From: Octopus sinensis
Taxonomy: Eukaryota
NCBI RefSeq assembly: GCF_006345805.1
Contig: NW_021835501.1
Span: 1 to 52,408 of the forward strand
Direction: 5' to 3'
DNA: 52,408 nucleotides
Shown here: piece after piece, positions 12,040-24,180 of the stretch
Numbering within the stretch: position 1 is the first letter of the stretch
How the letters are laid out: each line of letters starts with the position of its first letter
Made by a program: the position numbers and the translations under genes
The notes under the pieces: generated by a model
Database searches by the model: none
What the model was told of the DNA's origin: nothing
Seen by the model: only the letters and a program-made list of their open reading frames with translations

Positions 12040-12300
12040 ACATACACACGTCCAGACCCCTCATACGCACTTATACTCTCTCATAACACACACACACTTA
12101 TACATACTAATACGTACTAATACATACTAATACATACTAATACATACACCAACCCCATACATACGCACGTCCAGACCAATCCTACCTACGCCTCACTAAT
12201 ACTCTCTCATACGCACACACACACACCCTTATACATACTAATACATACACCAACCCTATACATACACACGTCCAGACCCCTCCTACGCACTATTAGCTGG
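12040..12300. repeat. ~110-bp degenerate minisatellite (CACGTCCAGACC unit), about 2.5 copies
   Basis: CACGTCCAGACC at ~12047, ~12167, ~12267. Confidence 0.75.
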
Positions 12301-12462
12301 TCCTTCAACCCTATTATCAACCCTATTATCTCCCCTTATTTCGCTCTCGCGTCTCATGTTTGATCTTTGACCTCTGGCCGAAATCAGATCGCCATGTTGA
12401 TTCGTTAGCTACTGCACGCATTTTTTTTCTCTCCTTCTTTCTGTTTTTTTTCTCTCTGTGTA

Positions 12463-12500
12463 TCTTTCTGTTGAAGAGCGTAGGCTCGAAACGTTAAAGA
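12463..12500 (+). ncRNA. Type-I minimal hammerhead-like motif with CUGUUGA core
   Basis: TCTTT CTGTTGA A GAGC-GTAG-GCTC GAAA CG TT AAAGA: stems I and II perfect, palindromic ACGT stem III. Confidence 0.7.
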
Positions 12501-12597
12501 CTTGTTTTATTTATATTTCCTGAGCGCCATACTAATACAATTGTTCGTTTGTTTTCCACCTGCCTTCGTCTTTTGTCTATTTTCATAAAGCTTCCCG

Positions 12598-12682
<85 letters not shown>

Positions 12683-13148
12683 AATATGTATATATGTATT
12701 TATGTATGTATATACATATGCATGTATGCATATTGTTGACGTCATAAGAATTTTTAGTATAAACTCTGAGAGAACATGAAATAATTTAGTTTTGGGAAAG
12801 TTGGATCTCGAAGCAGATAAAGCTATAAATAATGAAATGTAAATATTGGGTTAAAATGCTTTAGTGCTTTGGATAGAAAACCTCGAAGGCTACCAGTGGG
12901 ACTCGAACCTACATCTCCTGTACTAAATGGCTGTAAAATTTATAATTGTGTGTATGTCGGCACATTTAGCTGTGCGTGAATGTGTCTGTTTGTGTATATA
13001 CATCCATAGGCATGTGCATGTATGTGTACTCGTATAAGATTATTACTTCGTGAGTATACACGCACACACTTATATAATGCAACCTACGTAGAAGATATAA
13101 AAATAGCGCGAATTTAACTATTTCTTCGCAGATTGAAAAATGACGAAC

Positions 13149-13193
13149 AACCTTAATCAATTTTCGGACCTTATTGAGTTCTCATCAGAGATT
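13149..13193 (-). ncRNA. Type-I minimal hammerhead ribozyme motif
   Basis: AATCT CTGATGA GAACT-CAATAA-GGTCC GAAA A TTGA T TA AGGTT; canonical core, one stem II mismatch. Confidence 0.6.
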
Positions 13194-13567
13194 TCTATAT
13201 CACTTGACCAATTCCACATAAACAAGTACCCATGCTGTTTACAGCAACAAATCCAGGAGTTTAAGAGAAAACATATGTATCTATGTGCATATGTGAACGT
13301 ACATATATGTATGCATACATACATACATACATACATACATACATACATACATACATACACTCACAAGGCAAGGGTCTACACGAGCAGGGCCGTATTAAGA
13401 CCCATAGAGACCCGAAGCACTTAAAAGATTTTGGTTCCTCCAATATGCAATTGAAAATATAAACCATAATAAGCCATAAAATAAAATTTCCTTTTCAAAA
13501 TCAAACAAAATTAACAGTAAAATGCAAAATAATGTTTAATTTTGTAAGCTTACGCTTCTTATTTGTG

Positions 13568-13870
13568 GTGGCACATGGCCTAGTGGTTAGAGCAGCGGAT
13601 TCGCGGTCGAGGGATCGCAGGTTCGAATCTCAGACCGGGCGATGTGTGTGTTTGTGAGCGAAACACCTCAGCTCCACGCGGCTCCGGCAGAAGGAAATGG
13701 CGAACTTTTGCTGACTCTTTCGCCACAACTTTCTCTCACTCTTTCCTCCTGCATCTTGCAGCTCACCTGCGACGGACCGACGTCCCGTCCAGGTGGGGAA
13801 CCTATACGCCAAGGAAACCGGGAAACCAGCCCTTTGAGCCAGGCATGGCTCGAGAAGGAACAAGCAATGC
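13568..13870 (+). mobile_element. SINE type R-related subfamily
   Basis: GTGGCACATGGCCTAGTGGTTAGAGCAGCGG head, R-like body, GGAAACCGGGAAACC tail. Confidence 0.8.
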
Positions 13871-14620
13871 TTCATATTTGAAAAGTTTTCTCCTGTTTTT
13901 AATAGCAAAGTCTCTGATCAGATCCTCAAAATTAATCTTACGTAACCATCTGCTTCTATACTTACTAGAAGTAAGGCTTCCCGAATATTATTTTAGCAAG
14001 TTTAAAATGATTTCTTTTGTGCCGTAAGCCATTTACCATTTCTGTGGTGCCCTCTTCCTTTGATGCTCTAAGCACGTGTTATTTTGCTTAATGGTTAATC
14101 CAACTCGAGGCTATATTCACAGGCACTTATTGAACATACTGCGCAGTAGGATCGAACCCTCGACCTCGTGATTGAGAAGCGAACTTCTTAACTATATTTA
14201 TCTATACGTACACACACGTGCGCACACGCGCACACGCACATATGTATATGTATCGCTGTATTAACCAGACAATCGGATTTGTTATACACCGCGGGTCACA
14301 ATGCAGTTTCTCGCACTTTTGCGGCTTTAGATCTGTGTTTCTTAACTGCTTTTCTTTTCTATGGACGTCTTTGATTCCTGTTTTACTAAGGTGGACCCTC
14401 ATAGCCATTCGGTGCTTAAAAGAGATCCATTGTATTTTTATAAATAAATATTATTAGGAGTTGAATGAAAAAACATTAAGATACTTTGGGTATTATTCTT
14501 TCATTCTGTTATCTTTTTTTTTCAGTCATTTGATTGCGGCCATCCTGGAGCACTGCTTTAAATGATTTTAGTCGAAGAAATCTATCCCAGGACATATTCT
14601 TTGTAAGCCTAGTACTTATT

Positions 14621-15271
14621 CAAAGTCGACCTCGGCGGAGTTTGAACCCAGACGTAACGGCTGACGAAATACCCATTTCTTTACTACCCACAAGGGGCTA
14701 AACACAGAGGAGACAAACAAGGACAGACAAACGGATTAAGTCGATTATATGAACCTCAGTGCGTAACTGGTACTTAATTTATCAACCCCGAAAGGATGAA
14801 AGGCAAAGTCGACCTCGGCGGAATTTGAACCCAGAACGTAGCGGCAGACGAAATACCTATTTCTTTATTGCCCACAAGGGGCTAAACACAGAGGAGACAA
14901 ACAAGGACAGATAAACGGATTAAGTCGATTATATGGACCCCAGTGCGTAACTGGTACTTTATTTATCAACCCCGAAAGGATGAAAGGCAAAGTCGACCTC
15001 GGCGGAATTTGAACTCAGAACGTAACCGCTGACGAAATACCTATTTCTTTACTACCCACAAGGGGCTAAACACAGAGGAGACAAACAAGGACAGATAAAC
15101 GGATTAAGTCGATTATATGGACCCCAGTGCGTAACTGGTACTTAATTTATCGACCCCGAAAGGATGAAAGGCAAAGTCGACCTCGGCGGAATTTGAACTC
15201 AGAACGTAACGGCAGACGAAATACGGTTACGCATTTCGCCCGGAGTGCTAACGGTTCTGCCAGCTCGCCGC
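14621..15271 (-). mobile_element. SINE type M tandem array (head + 3 full units + partial unit)
   Basis: GAAATAC junctions end at 14672, 14856, 15040, 15224 (period 184); single head at 15225-15271. Confidence 0.92.
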
Positions 15272-15879
15272 CTCCACCTGAAGATAATATCAATGATTTC
15301 TCTTTTAGACACAAGATTAACTATTTCGAGGCATAGGTGGAGTTAGTCGATATTATTGGCCATAATATTTGACCAGCACTGCATGTTACCCTCCACGAAA
15401 GAATTAATGATAGAGTTAGTCTCTGCGAGATTTGAACTAGCCTGCGGGGTACTTCAGAATATTCTGGGTGGGTACTAATTTGTAATAATGTTAAAGTGGG
15501 GGTCAGTAAAGTGGAGTAAATCCGAGGGTGCACCATTGAATAGTAAAGGAGCAGCACCGTCCAGTACACCCACTTAGCGACGGATATACCACAGGGCAGT
15601 TTTCTAACGATTTTATCATTCTGTCAGCTCTTTCATGCTACCGCCTACATTCAGTCATATAACATACTCTATTTAACTGTAATCAGAGTCCACAGTTGGA
15701 GCAGCAGCCTACAAGACCACACAACATATCCCCACCCTCTCTCTTTAAAAAAAACTTTTTCACTTTTTACTTGTTCGAATGAATCGACCCCAGTTCTCGT
15801 TTTTTTTCAGTTTGGCACTTATCGCCACTTATCTCCTTGACCTAGAGGTTGCGTGTGAGGTGGAACAGGCACACACACA

Positions 15880-15968
15880 GAGGCAATAATACGGATTAAC
15901 AAATTAGATACATGAAATATATTAAATATATTTGATGTGTCTAATTTGTTTCTCCGCATAATTGCTTC
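15880..15968. other. 89-nt imperfect hairpin
   Basis: ~43-nt arms, about 5 mismatches, 3-nt loop. Confidence 0.7.
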
Positions 15969-16107
15969 TATACACTCTCAACTTGATCCCTCTTGTAGCC
16001 TTTCTTTACCTTGTGGAATGATCCCCTGTAAAGACATCGGAGTTTTAGTTTGACTCTTTTGAGAACTACTAAGTGCTGGATCTCATCCGTGGTATATATA
16101 TATATAT

Positions 16108-16408
16108 CACCGTGACCGACCAGGCTATCAGATGTTGCTACACATCGCTGGTCACAATGCGCTTCGCATTGTTTTAGCCTTCAAATGACGCTACCCTGCT
16201 GGCTAAGCGAGCAGGCCAACAGAAGAAAGAGTGAGAGAAAGTTGTGGCGAAAGAATACAGCAGGGATCGCCACCATCCCCTGTCGGAGCCTCGTGGAGCT
16301 TTAGGTGTTTTCGCTCAATAAATACTCACAACGCCCGGTCTGGGAATCGAAACCGCGATCCTCCGACCGCGAATCCGCTTCCCTAACCACTGGGTCATTG
16401 CGCCTCCA
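16108..16408 (-). mobile_element. SINE type R with a third tail type
   Basis: R head/body at 16230-16408; tail TCACCGTGACCGACCAGG... differs from the 3960 and 7725 copies. Confidence 0.85.
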
Positions 16409-16449
16409 CCCCCCACACATAAGACGGTCTTCTCTCAGAAAAGAATTTC

Positions 16450-16590
16450 TGCTAGCCAAATCCATTCACATGGCTTTGGTCGGTCCGAGACAATGGTAAA
16501 GACACTTGCCCAAGGTGCCACGCAGGGAGACTGAACCCAGTACCATGTGGTTGGGAAGCAAGCTTCTTACCATACAGCCACGCCTGCGCC
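16450..16590 (-). mobile_element. SINE type C head fragment
   Basis: GACACTTGCCCAAGGTGCCACGC...CAGCCACGCCTGCGCCT. Confidence 0.8.
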
Positions 16591-17243
16591 TGTATTATAT
16601 ATAATATATAATATATATATATATATATATTATCTACGTAATCACAACTCAATAACACAATATTATGTACATAAGCGACATCCGATACCTTATACTATAA
16701 TGTACACAACAACAACATTTACAGCACGGCTCACGTTGCATATTTTTTTCTATTTACAGCAACAAACAAACAAACGAAGCATAAAATAAACTGCATAAAT
16801 AAATAAATAACTTAAACACAGAAAGAAACTACACAAAAAATTCTGTTATAAAGCAAACCATACATTTTATTTCTTTATTTTTTGTATTTCTTTATTAGCA
16901 AACCATACATTTGTATACAAACAATTTCTACTCTACTCAGAAGTCACACACACACACACTATCTTTCTCTTTTTTCTCTCTCTCTCTCTGACATACATAC
17001 ACACTTTCATTCATTCACACTCTTAAGAATAAGGAAGTACGGTAGAAACATGATGAGTGGTTCTCAACTCAGATATATATAACCCTTGGGTGGGGTGTCC
17101 ATATAAGATTTTGTTGTTAAAATTTTTATGTTCAATAAACATTTATAATACTCAAAGTATTTGAGCAATTTTTTTAATGCAATTCCTAGAAAAATATTTA
17201 ATCGGAAAAGGGCGGTGAGTTGGCAAAAATCGTTAACACTCTA

Positions 17244-17660
17244 AGGCGGCGAGCTGGCAGAACCGTTAGCACGCCGGGCGAAATGCGTAGCCGTATTTCG
17301 TCTGCCCTTACGTTCTGAGTTCAAATTCCGCCGAGGTCGACTTTACTTTTCATCCTTTCGGGGTCGATTAAATAAGTACCAGTTACGCACTGGGGTCCAT
17401 ATAATCGACTTAATCCCTTTGTCTGTCCTTGTTTGTCCCCTCTGTGTTTAGCCCCTTGTGGGTAGTAAAGAAATAGGTATTTCGTCTGCCGTTACGTTCT
17501 GAGTTCTAATTCCGCCGAAGTCGACTTTGCCTTTCATCCTTTCGGGGTCGATTAAATATAAGTACCAGTTACGCAATGGGGTCAACGCAATCGATTTAAT
17601 CCCTATGTCTGTCCCTGTTTGTCCCGTCTATGTTTAGCCCCCTGTGAGCAATAAAGAAAT
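17244..17660 (+). mobile_element. SINE type M dimer
   Basis: Head then two bodies joined at AAAGAAATA|GGTATTTCGTCTG (~17475). Confidence 0.9.
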
Positions 17661-17817
17661 AAATATTTCTACTTTCATTTTGTAGTCACAAACCGAAATG
17701 GGTCACAAACCGAAACAGTTCGGTTGCTGTCAAAATTGAAAAGGTAACAAGAAAGGTGGAGGGCAAAAAAGTAAAAAAAAAAAATGGGCGATGTCAATTT
17801 TTTGCTCCGAAACCACT

Positions 17818-18234
17818 CTTTTACTCTTTTTACTCTTTTACTTGCTTCTGTCATTTGACTGCGGTCATGCTGGAGCACCCCTTTTTAGTCGAGCAAATCG
17901 ACCCCAGGACTTATTCTTTGTAAGCCTAGTTCTTATTCTATCGGTACTTTTTTCCCGAACCGCTAAGTTACGAGGATGTAAGCACACCACCATCGGTTGT
18001 CAAGCGATGTTGGGGAGACAAACACAGACACACAAACATATACCCACACACACACGCACATACATATATACGACGGGCTTCTTTCAGTTTCCGTCTACCA
18101 AATCCACTCACAAAGCTTTGGTCGGCCCGAGGCTATAGTAGAAGACACTTGCCCAAGGTGTCACGCAGTGGGACTGAACCCGGAACCATGTGGCTGGGAA
18201 GAAAGCATCTTACCACACAGCCACTCCTGAGCCT
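17818..18234 (-). mobile_element. SINE type C flanked by long direct repeats
   Basis: Full-length copy; 17755-17817 repeated at 18235-18311. Confidence 0.9.
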
Positions 18235-18385
18235 GGTGGAGGGCAAAAAGTACCCCTGTGAAAAAAAAAAAAAAAGAACGGGCGATGTCAAGTTTTTGCT
18301 CCGAAACCACTTTTCAATAAGTTTTCAATTTTGACGGCTGTTGTAAAATTTCTCAGTTTTATGTTTTGAAAAGTTAACTATATAA

Positions 18386-18422
<37 letters not shown>

Positions 18423-18702
18423 CTCTTCTCTCTCTCTCTCTCTCTCCCCCCTCTCTCTCTCTCACACACACACGTACATCTTTCACTTGTTTCTGTCATT
18501 AGGAGGTGGTCACGCAGGGGCACTGCCTCGAAGGGTTTACAGCTTTAAAGTCATTAGAACTTTAAACATTATGTGTATGCGCGCGCGCGTGTGTGTGTGT
18601 GGTGTGTGCGTGTGTGTGTGTGCGTGTGTGTGTGTATGTGTGTGTAAACCTGAAAATTATGCTTGTGTGTATTATGTATATATACATATGTATGTATTGT
18701 TG

Positions 18703-19210
18703 TGACCTCCTTCGGTCATGAGTGACCATAGGATTGCACCTAGAAAGTTACCCCCCGAGGCACAAGTCTGGGTAAGGTTGTTTATGGAAGACCAGCAGTC
18801 GCCTATGGATACCAGCCTCCCCTCTCCACGCCACCGATGTCATCCAAGGGAAAAGCAAACGCCGATACAGCTTGGCACCAGTGACGTCGCAGCTCATTTA
18901 TTAACGTGCAAAGCGGCTGAGCACTCTACAGACAAGTGTACCCTTAACGTAGTTCTCGGGGAGATTCAGCGTGACACAGAGTGTGACAAAACTGGCACTT
19001 CGAAATACTGGTACAACAGAAACAGGAAGAAAGAGTGAGATAAAGTTGTGGTGAAAGAGTACAGCAGGGTAACCCCCACCCCTACCGGAGCTTCGTGGAG
19101 CTTTAGGTGTTTTCGCTCAATAAACACTCACAATTCCCGGTCTGGGAATCGAAACCGCGATCCTACCACCGCGAGTCCGCTGCCCTAACCACTGGGCCAT
19201 TGCGCTTCCA
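18703..19210 (-). mobile_element. Chimeric SINE: R head/body joined to V tail
   Basis: 18899-19210 matches the 3960 copy; 18703-18898 matches the tail of the 3386 copy. Confidence 0.8.
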
Positions 19211-19214
19211 TATG

Positions 19215-19436
19215 TATACTCATTTACTTGTTTCAGTCATTTGACTGTGGCCATGCTGGAGCACCGCCTTTAGTCGAGCAAATCAACCCCAGGACTTATT
19301 CTTTGTAAGCCTAGTACTTATTCTATCGGTCTCTTTTGCCGAACCGCTAAGTCACGGGGACGTAAACACGCCAGCATCGGTTGTCAAGCGATGTTGGGGG
19401 GACAAACACACACACACAAACACACACACACACACG

Positions 19437-19469
<33 letters not shown>

Positions 19470-19670
19470 CACACACACACACACACAAACACACATACAT
19501 ATACATATATACGATGGGTTTCTTTCAGTTTCCGTCTACCAAATCCACTCACAAGGCTTTGGTCGGCCCGAGGCTATAGTAGAAGACACTTGGCCAAGGT
19601 ACCACGCAGTGGGACTGAACCCGGAACCATGTGGTCCGTAAGCAAGCTACTTATCACACAGCCACTCCTG
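19215..19670 (-). mobile_element. SINE type C, full length, expanded (CA)n
   Basis: Same modules as 4733-5143. Confidence 0.9.
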
Positions 19671-20339
19671 TATATATGTTTGTATATTCGTTTCTTTTTT
19701 TCTTTATCCTTTTTAATTTAGGGTTAATTTTTACTATCCACCCGCTTTGTAGTAAGGTTGTGAAGGAAAACATCTTTTGTTCATCATCCTTTAGATTTTA
19801 AGGTCTTGCAGATGTTTTTTGTCTAAGACACCTTGGTCATTTGTAGTGTAAGAATTATGGAGTTGCGTTCTTTCTCCAAGAACACAAATTCAGCCATATT
19901 TTGCTACAGACAATCTGAGTAAGTATGAGTGTCTGTGTGTCTGTGTGTCCGTGTCTGTGTGTTTATTCCTTTACAAACATGAAAGTAATCCATTTCCGAC
20001 TTCGTGTCTCGCTGAAAGTTTGATCAATAAAGAACTGAAACGTCGAGCCAACTAAAAACGTTTTCCTACAGGAAAGCTATCAATATAACTACAATAAACA
20101 GTTAATAAAACACTAGAGCTTTAGTATTGTTTTACATCTATGCTAGACTACACTGCAGAATATGTCTATAAGCCTTTAAACACTGTGTTTACACATAGAT
20201 GTAAATAACGTGTCTGTATATGCAGTAGGTCTCCGTGGACAGAAAAAAGGGGGAGGAAGCCGGACCGGGTTCAGTCTTGCGTTAGGATTTCACCACCGAT
20301 TCAGTGTCTTCTCGCTGATTCATCTTACACACGAATGTT

Positions 20340-20542
20340 TTGTCGTTTATCTTTCGCTTGTCTCAATCAATGGACTGCGGCCATGTTGGGGCACCACTTT
20401 GAAGGGTTTAGTCGAACAAAACGATCTCGGTACTTATCGTATTTTTTTTAAAGCCTGATACTTATTCCATCGGTCTGTAAAGAAGCTAACATCGGTTGTC
20501 AGGCGGTGGTTGTGGGACAAACACACACACAGACACACAGAC

Positions 20543-20606
<64 letters not shown>

Positions 20607-20745
20607 CCTTTCAGTTTTCATCAACCAAATCCACTGACAAGGGCTGTAGTAGATGACACCTGCTTGCCCAGGTGCCACGCAGTGGGACTGAGCCGAGAAC
20701 CTTGTGGCTACGAAGCAAACGTCTTACTACACAGTCACACCTGCG
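20340..20745 (-). mobile_element. SINE type C, diverged
   Basis: GGACTGCGGCCATGTTGGGGCACC...CCCAGGTGCCACGCAGTGGGACTGA. Confidence 0.75.
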
Positions 20746-20778
20746 TTTATACATACATACATACATACAATACATACA

Positions 20779-20811
<33 letters not shown>

Positions 20812-21402
20812 TTCTCTCTCCCTATAGGCGGTGCTCCAGCATGACCGCAGGCAAATGACTGAAACAAATAAAAGAATGAAATATATATATATCCATTAAT
20901 TATTCCTCTAAATATATATATTTACTTATATTAAGGGCATTACTATACATAAATGCCCTTAATATAAGTAAATATATATATTATATATATATATATATAT
21001 ACAAATGAGATCGGGGTTGTAAATGCAAACCACCATGGGATACCATATATCCATATACTGCTAGAGAGGTACCCAACAAAGTTAATACATAAATGTTAAG
21101 AATTGCGATACAATTAATTCATTTATTGTATTATATGGGCAAAGGTAAATTGTTTTACCACAATTCATAATACAAAATAAGAAAATGGAGAAATACATCG
21201 AAATCAAATATCAATTACCAGATAATACTCAATCACATACTTTATTAAAAACACTACATAAAACTATAAGGTTAAACATAATAATGCAGGGTAAAACAGT
21301 GGTAATGGAAGGAGTGTAATAAAATAGTAATGTTATACAATAAGTAGAATACGTCTATATAGAACATAAATATAAGTACACATAAATATAAATATAGACC
21401 AT

Positions 21403-21529
21403 ATCTTACAGCTGTTTCGGCCATGTAGATAAGCATGTCTCATTCAACTCATATTAGCCATTTATGGTAGGTCAATATGTAGTTATAAATGAGACATTTA
21501 CAAAAATAACCTAAGGCCTCTTCGGAGAT
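21403..21529 (-). ncRNA. Type-I hammerhead motif with 92-nt stem II extension, Penelope-like repeat
   Basis: ATCT CCGAAGA GGCC-(92 nt)-GGCC GAAA CAGCTG TA AGAT; U4 changed to C. Confidence 0.6.
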
Positions 21530-21705
21530 TACAAATTAGATTACATATATACTTATAAAGGTGGAGGAAGCAATTGCAACAAATTCTGCAAAACAAGTCA
21601 GAGATCCGTTTGCAGATCTTCCCGTTCAGTGTCAGTGGCTTAAAAGCTATATGATAGCTTAAAACGCAGGCCTTTCGGGCGGCTTCTAAGCTAGTTTAAT
21701 ATATA

Positions 21706-21736
<31 letters not shown>

Positions 21737-21819
21737 TATATATATATATATCATACTAGACACACACACACACACACACACACACCACACACACACACAC
21801 ACTACACATATATATATAG

Positions 21820-21868
<49 letters not shown>

Positions 21869-22121
21869 TGTTGTTGGCATCCTTTTTGTCTCGGGAGACA
21901 ATGGGTTGCGCATAAATAATCTAGTCCGGCTTTTACATTTCATTCCTAATACATTTCCTGCTGTGGCTGTGTAGTCCTATCCTGGACCAAACACTCCCTC
22001 TGGCAGTCACGAGTGATTATATATATATATATATATATATATCATATATATATATATATATCTATATATATATATATATATACTATATATATATACATAA
22101 CATATATATATATACATATAT

Positions 22122-22370
22122 GGAGGCGCGTGGCTTAGTGTTAGGGTGTCAGCATCCTGATCGTAAGATTTAGGTTTCGATTCCTGGGCGGGCGACGCTT
22201 TGTGTTCTTGAGCAAAACACTTCATTTCACGTTGCACCAGTCCACTCAGCTGGCAAAAATGAGCAACGCTGCGATGGACTGGCGTCCCGTCCAGTTGGAG
22301 AACACATAAGCCATTGAAACCGGGAAACCGGGCACATGAGCCTGGCTAGGCTTTAAAAAGGGCGCATTTA
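22122..22370 (+). mobile_element. SINE type V with the GCGATGGACTGG tail
   Basis: GGAGGCGCGTGGCTTAGTG head, TTGTGTTCTTGAGCAAAACAC body, tail shared with R copies at 7725 and 36468. Confidence 0.82.
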
Positions 22371-22729
22371 TTTTATTTTATATATACATATACATACATA
22401 CATACATACATGCACCACACACACACACACACACACATACACATATATAATATTTATATATTTGTATATAGAGCAATAAGAAAATGGAGGGAATCAATGG
22501 GTGGTTCATCAACTTTTAGACATTATATTATGTCAACTTATTTATTTATTTACTAAAATGACAATTACAAGAATATACATACATGTATAACATATACTTT
22601 ACATATAAAATATATTAATATATAAAGATACTAGTAATTATTAAAATATAACAGACAGGAATATGTATTGGAAAATCACTTACAGCTGTTTCAGCCAAGA
22701 GGCAAAAATACCTCATTCTACCTATTCTC

Positions 22730-23112
22730 TTTTCTCTTTTCTCTTTTACTTGTTTCAGTCATTTGACTGCGGCCATGCTGGAGCACCGCCTTTAGTCGAG
22801 CAAATCGACCCCGGGACTTATTCTTTGTAAGCCCAGTACTTATTCTATCAGTCTCTTTTGCCGAACCGCTATGTGACGGGGACGTAAACACACCAGCATC
22901 GGTTGTCAAGCAATGCTAGGGCCACAAACTCAGGCACACAAACACACACACACACATATATATATATATACATATATACGACAGGCTTCTTTCAGTTTCC
23001 GTCTACCAAATCCACTCAGAAGACACTTGCCCAAGGTGCCACGCAGTGGGACTGAACCCGGAACCATGTGGTTGGTTAGCAAGCTACTTACCGCACAGCC
23101 ACTCCTGCGCCT
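22730..23112 (-). mobile_element. SINE type C with internal deletion
   Basis: Lacks the AAGGCTTTGGTCGGCCCGAGGCTATAGT segment. Confidence 0.88.
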
Positions 23113-23210
23113 ATCTATATATAATTTCATCCTTCGTAAATTTTTTAAACTTCATTTCGGTGCATAAATGTATATAGCTGTATAACAGCATTTCATTGTG
23201 TTAAAAATTG

Positions 23211-23624
23211 GGATCTTTTCGGTTTGAACGGCAGTTTTTTCTAGCGGTGTCATATGAAATTGTCACCCATAATTATGACCCTAGTATCGATCTATTGCAT
23301 TTCAATCTGTTTTAGGGTTAGGTTAGGTGGGGGGAAGGTATCTTTTGTTTCTTCAGAAAGTAATAAACCCAATCTGTTTCTTAAACGAGGGACATATTCA
23401 TACGGCACAGAATGTTTTTTTTACCTCAATAGACGGTCATTGATTGGTTGAAATTGCAGAAATTGAAGAAAAAACAACAAATATCTTACAAACTATAGAA
23501 TTTTCTCAATAAAGCCAAGAGAAAAAGATGTTTTATAAACACATTCTACCAGTATACGAAGTTTAAAAGTGTTTAGTTACGTGGAAATTATTTAAAAAAA
23601 CTGCCGTTCAAACCGAAAAGATCC
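23211..23624 (-). mobile_element. GG-TIR MITE copy 3
   Basis: Same TIRs and interior; no clean TSD. Confidence 0.9.
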
Positions 23625-23859
23625 CAAATTGTTATAATGACCTGGGAAACAAATTGTAGTCATTTACAATAAACGCGAAAACTTATTCATTCTTCTGGCA
23701 TTATCGTAGGAGTACTGAGACGTATCTGACGTTGTCTTCTTCGTTGATGGTTTCCTAAATTGTCAATCGTTTATATTTTCGCTTCGTTTTTGATTCATTT
23801 GTCGAAGTTCTTCCTGGAAATCTTCTAATCGCTCCCTTTTATCCATATTATTTCGTCGT

Positions 23860-24170
23860 ACCCCACTCTTTCTCTCACTCTTTTTCTTTCTTTCTTCCTT
23901 CTCTTTCTCTCTTTTTCCATCTCCCTTCACCCTCTTTCTCTCCCCTCTCCACTCATCGCTCTCTCTCTCTTTCTCTCGTTCCACCTCGTCTCTTCCGCTT
24001 TCTCCCCTCATAGATCTCTCACTTCTCTATTTTTCTGTCTCCATCTCTCCGTCTCTCTCTCCTTCTTCCCCTCTCTCTTTCTTTGTCCATCTCTCTGTCC
24101 GTCCGTCCGCCCGTCCCTCTTCTGTCTGTTTGTCTCTCTGTCTCTTCCCTCTCTCTCTCCCCATCTCTCT
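23860..24170. repeat. CT-rich compound microsatellite
   Basis: Direct reading. Confidence 0.9.
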
Positions 24171-24180
24171 CCCTGTTGAT

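Noticed and set aside
14621-15271. CRISPR-like regular array
   Set aside because: Units are whole 184-bp SINE bodies with no unique spacers, no cas genes, eukaryotic context
20127-20208. ~15-bp inverted repeat
   Set aside because: AT-rich and short; plausible by chance or as a MITE relic
23763-23850. MDKRERLEDFQEELRQMNQKRSENIND coiled-coil-like peptide (minus)
   Set aside because: Short, adjoins a CT microsatellite, no recognisable homology or splice support
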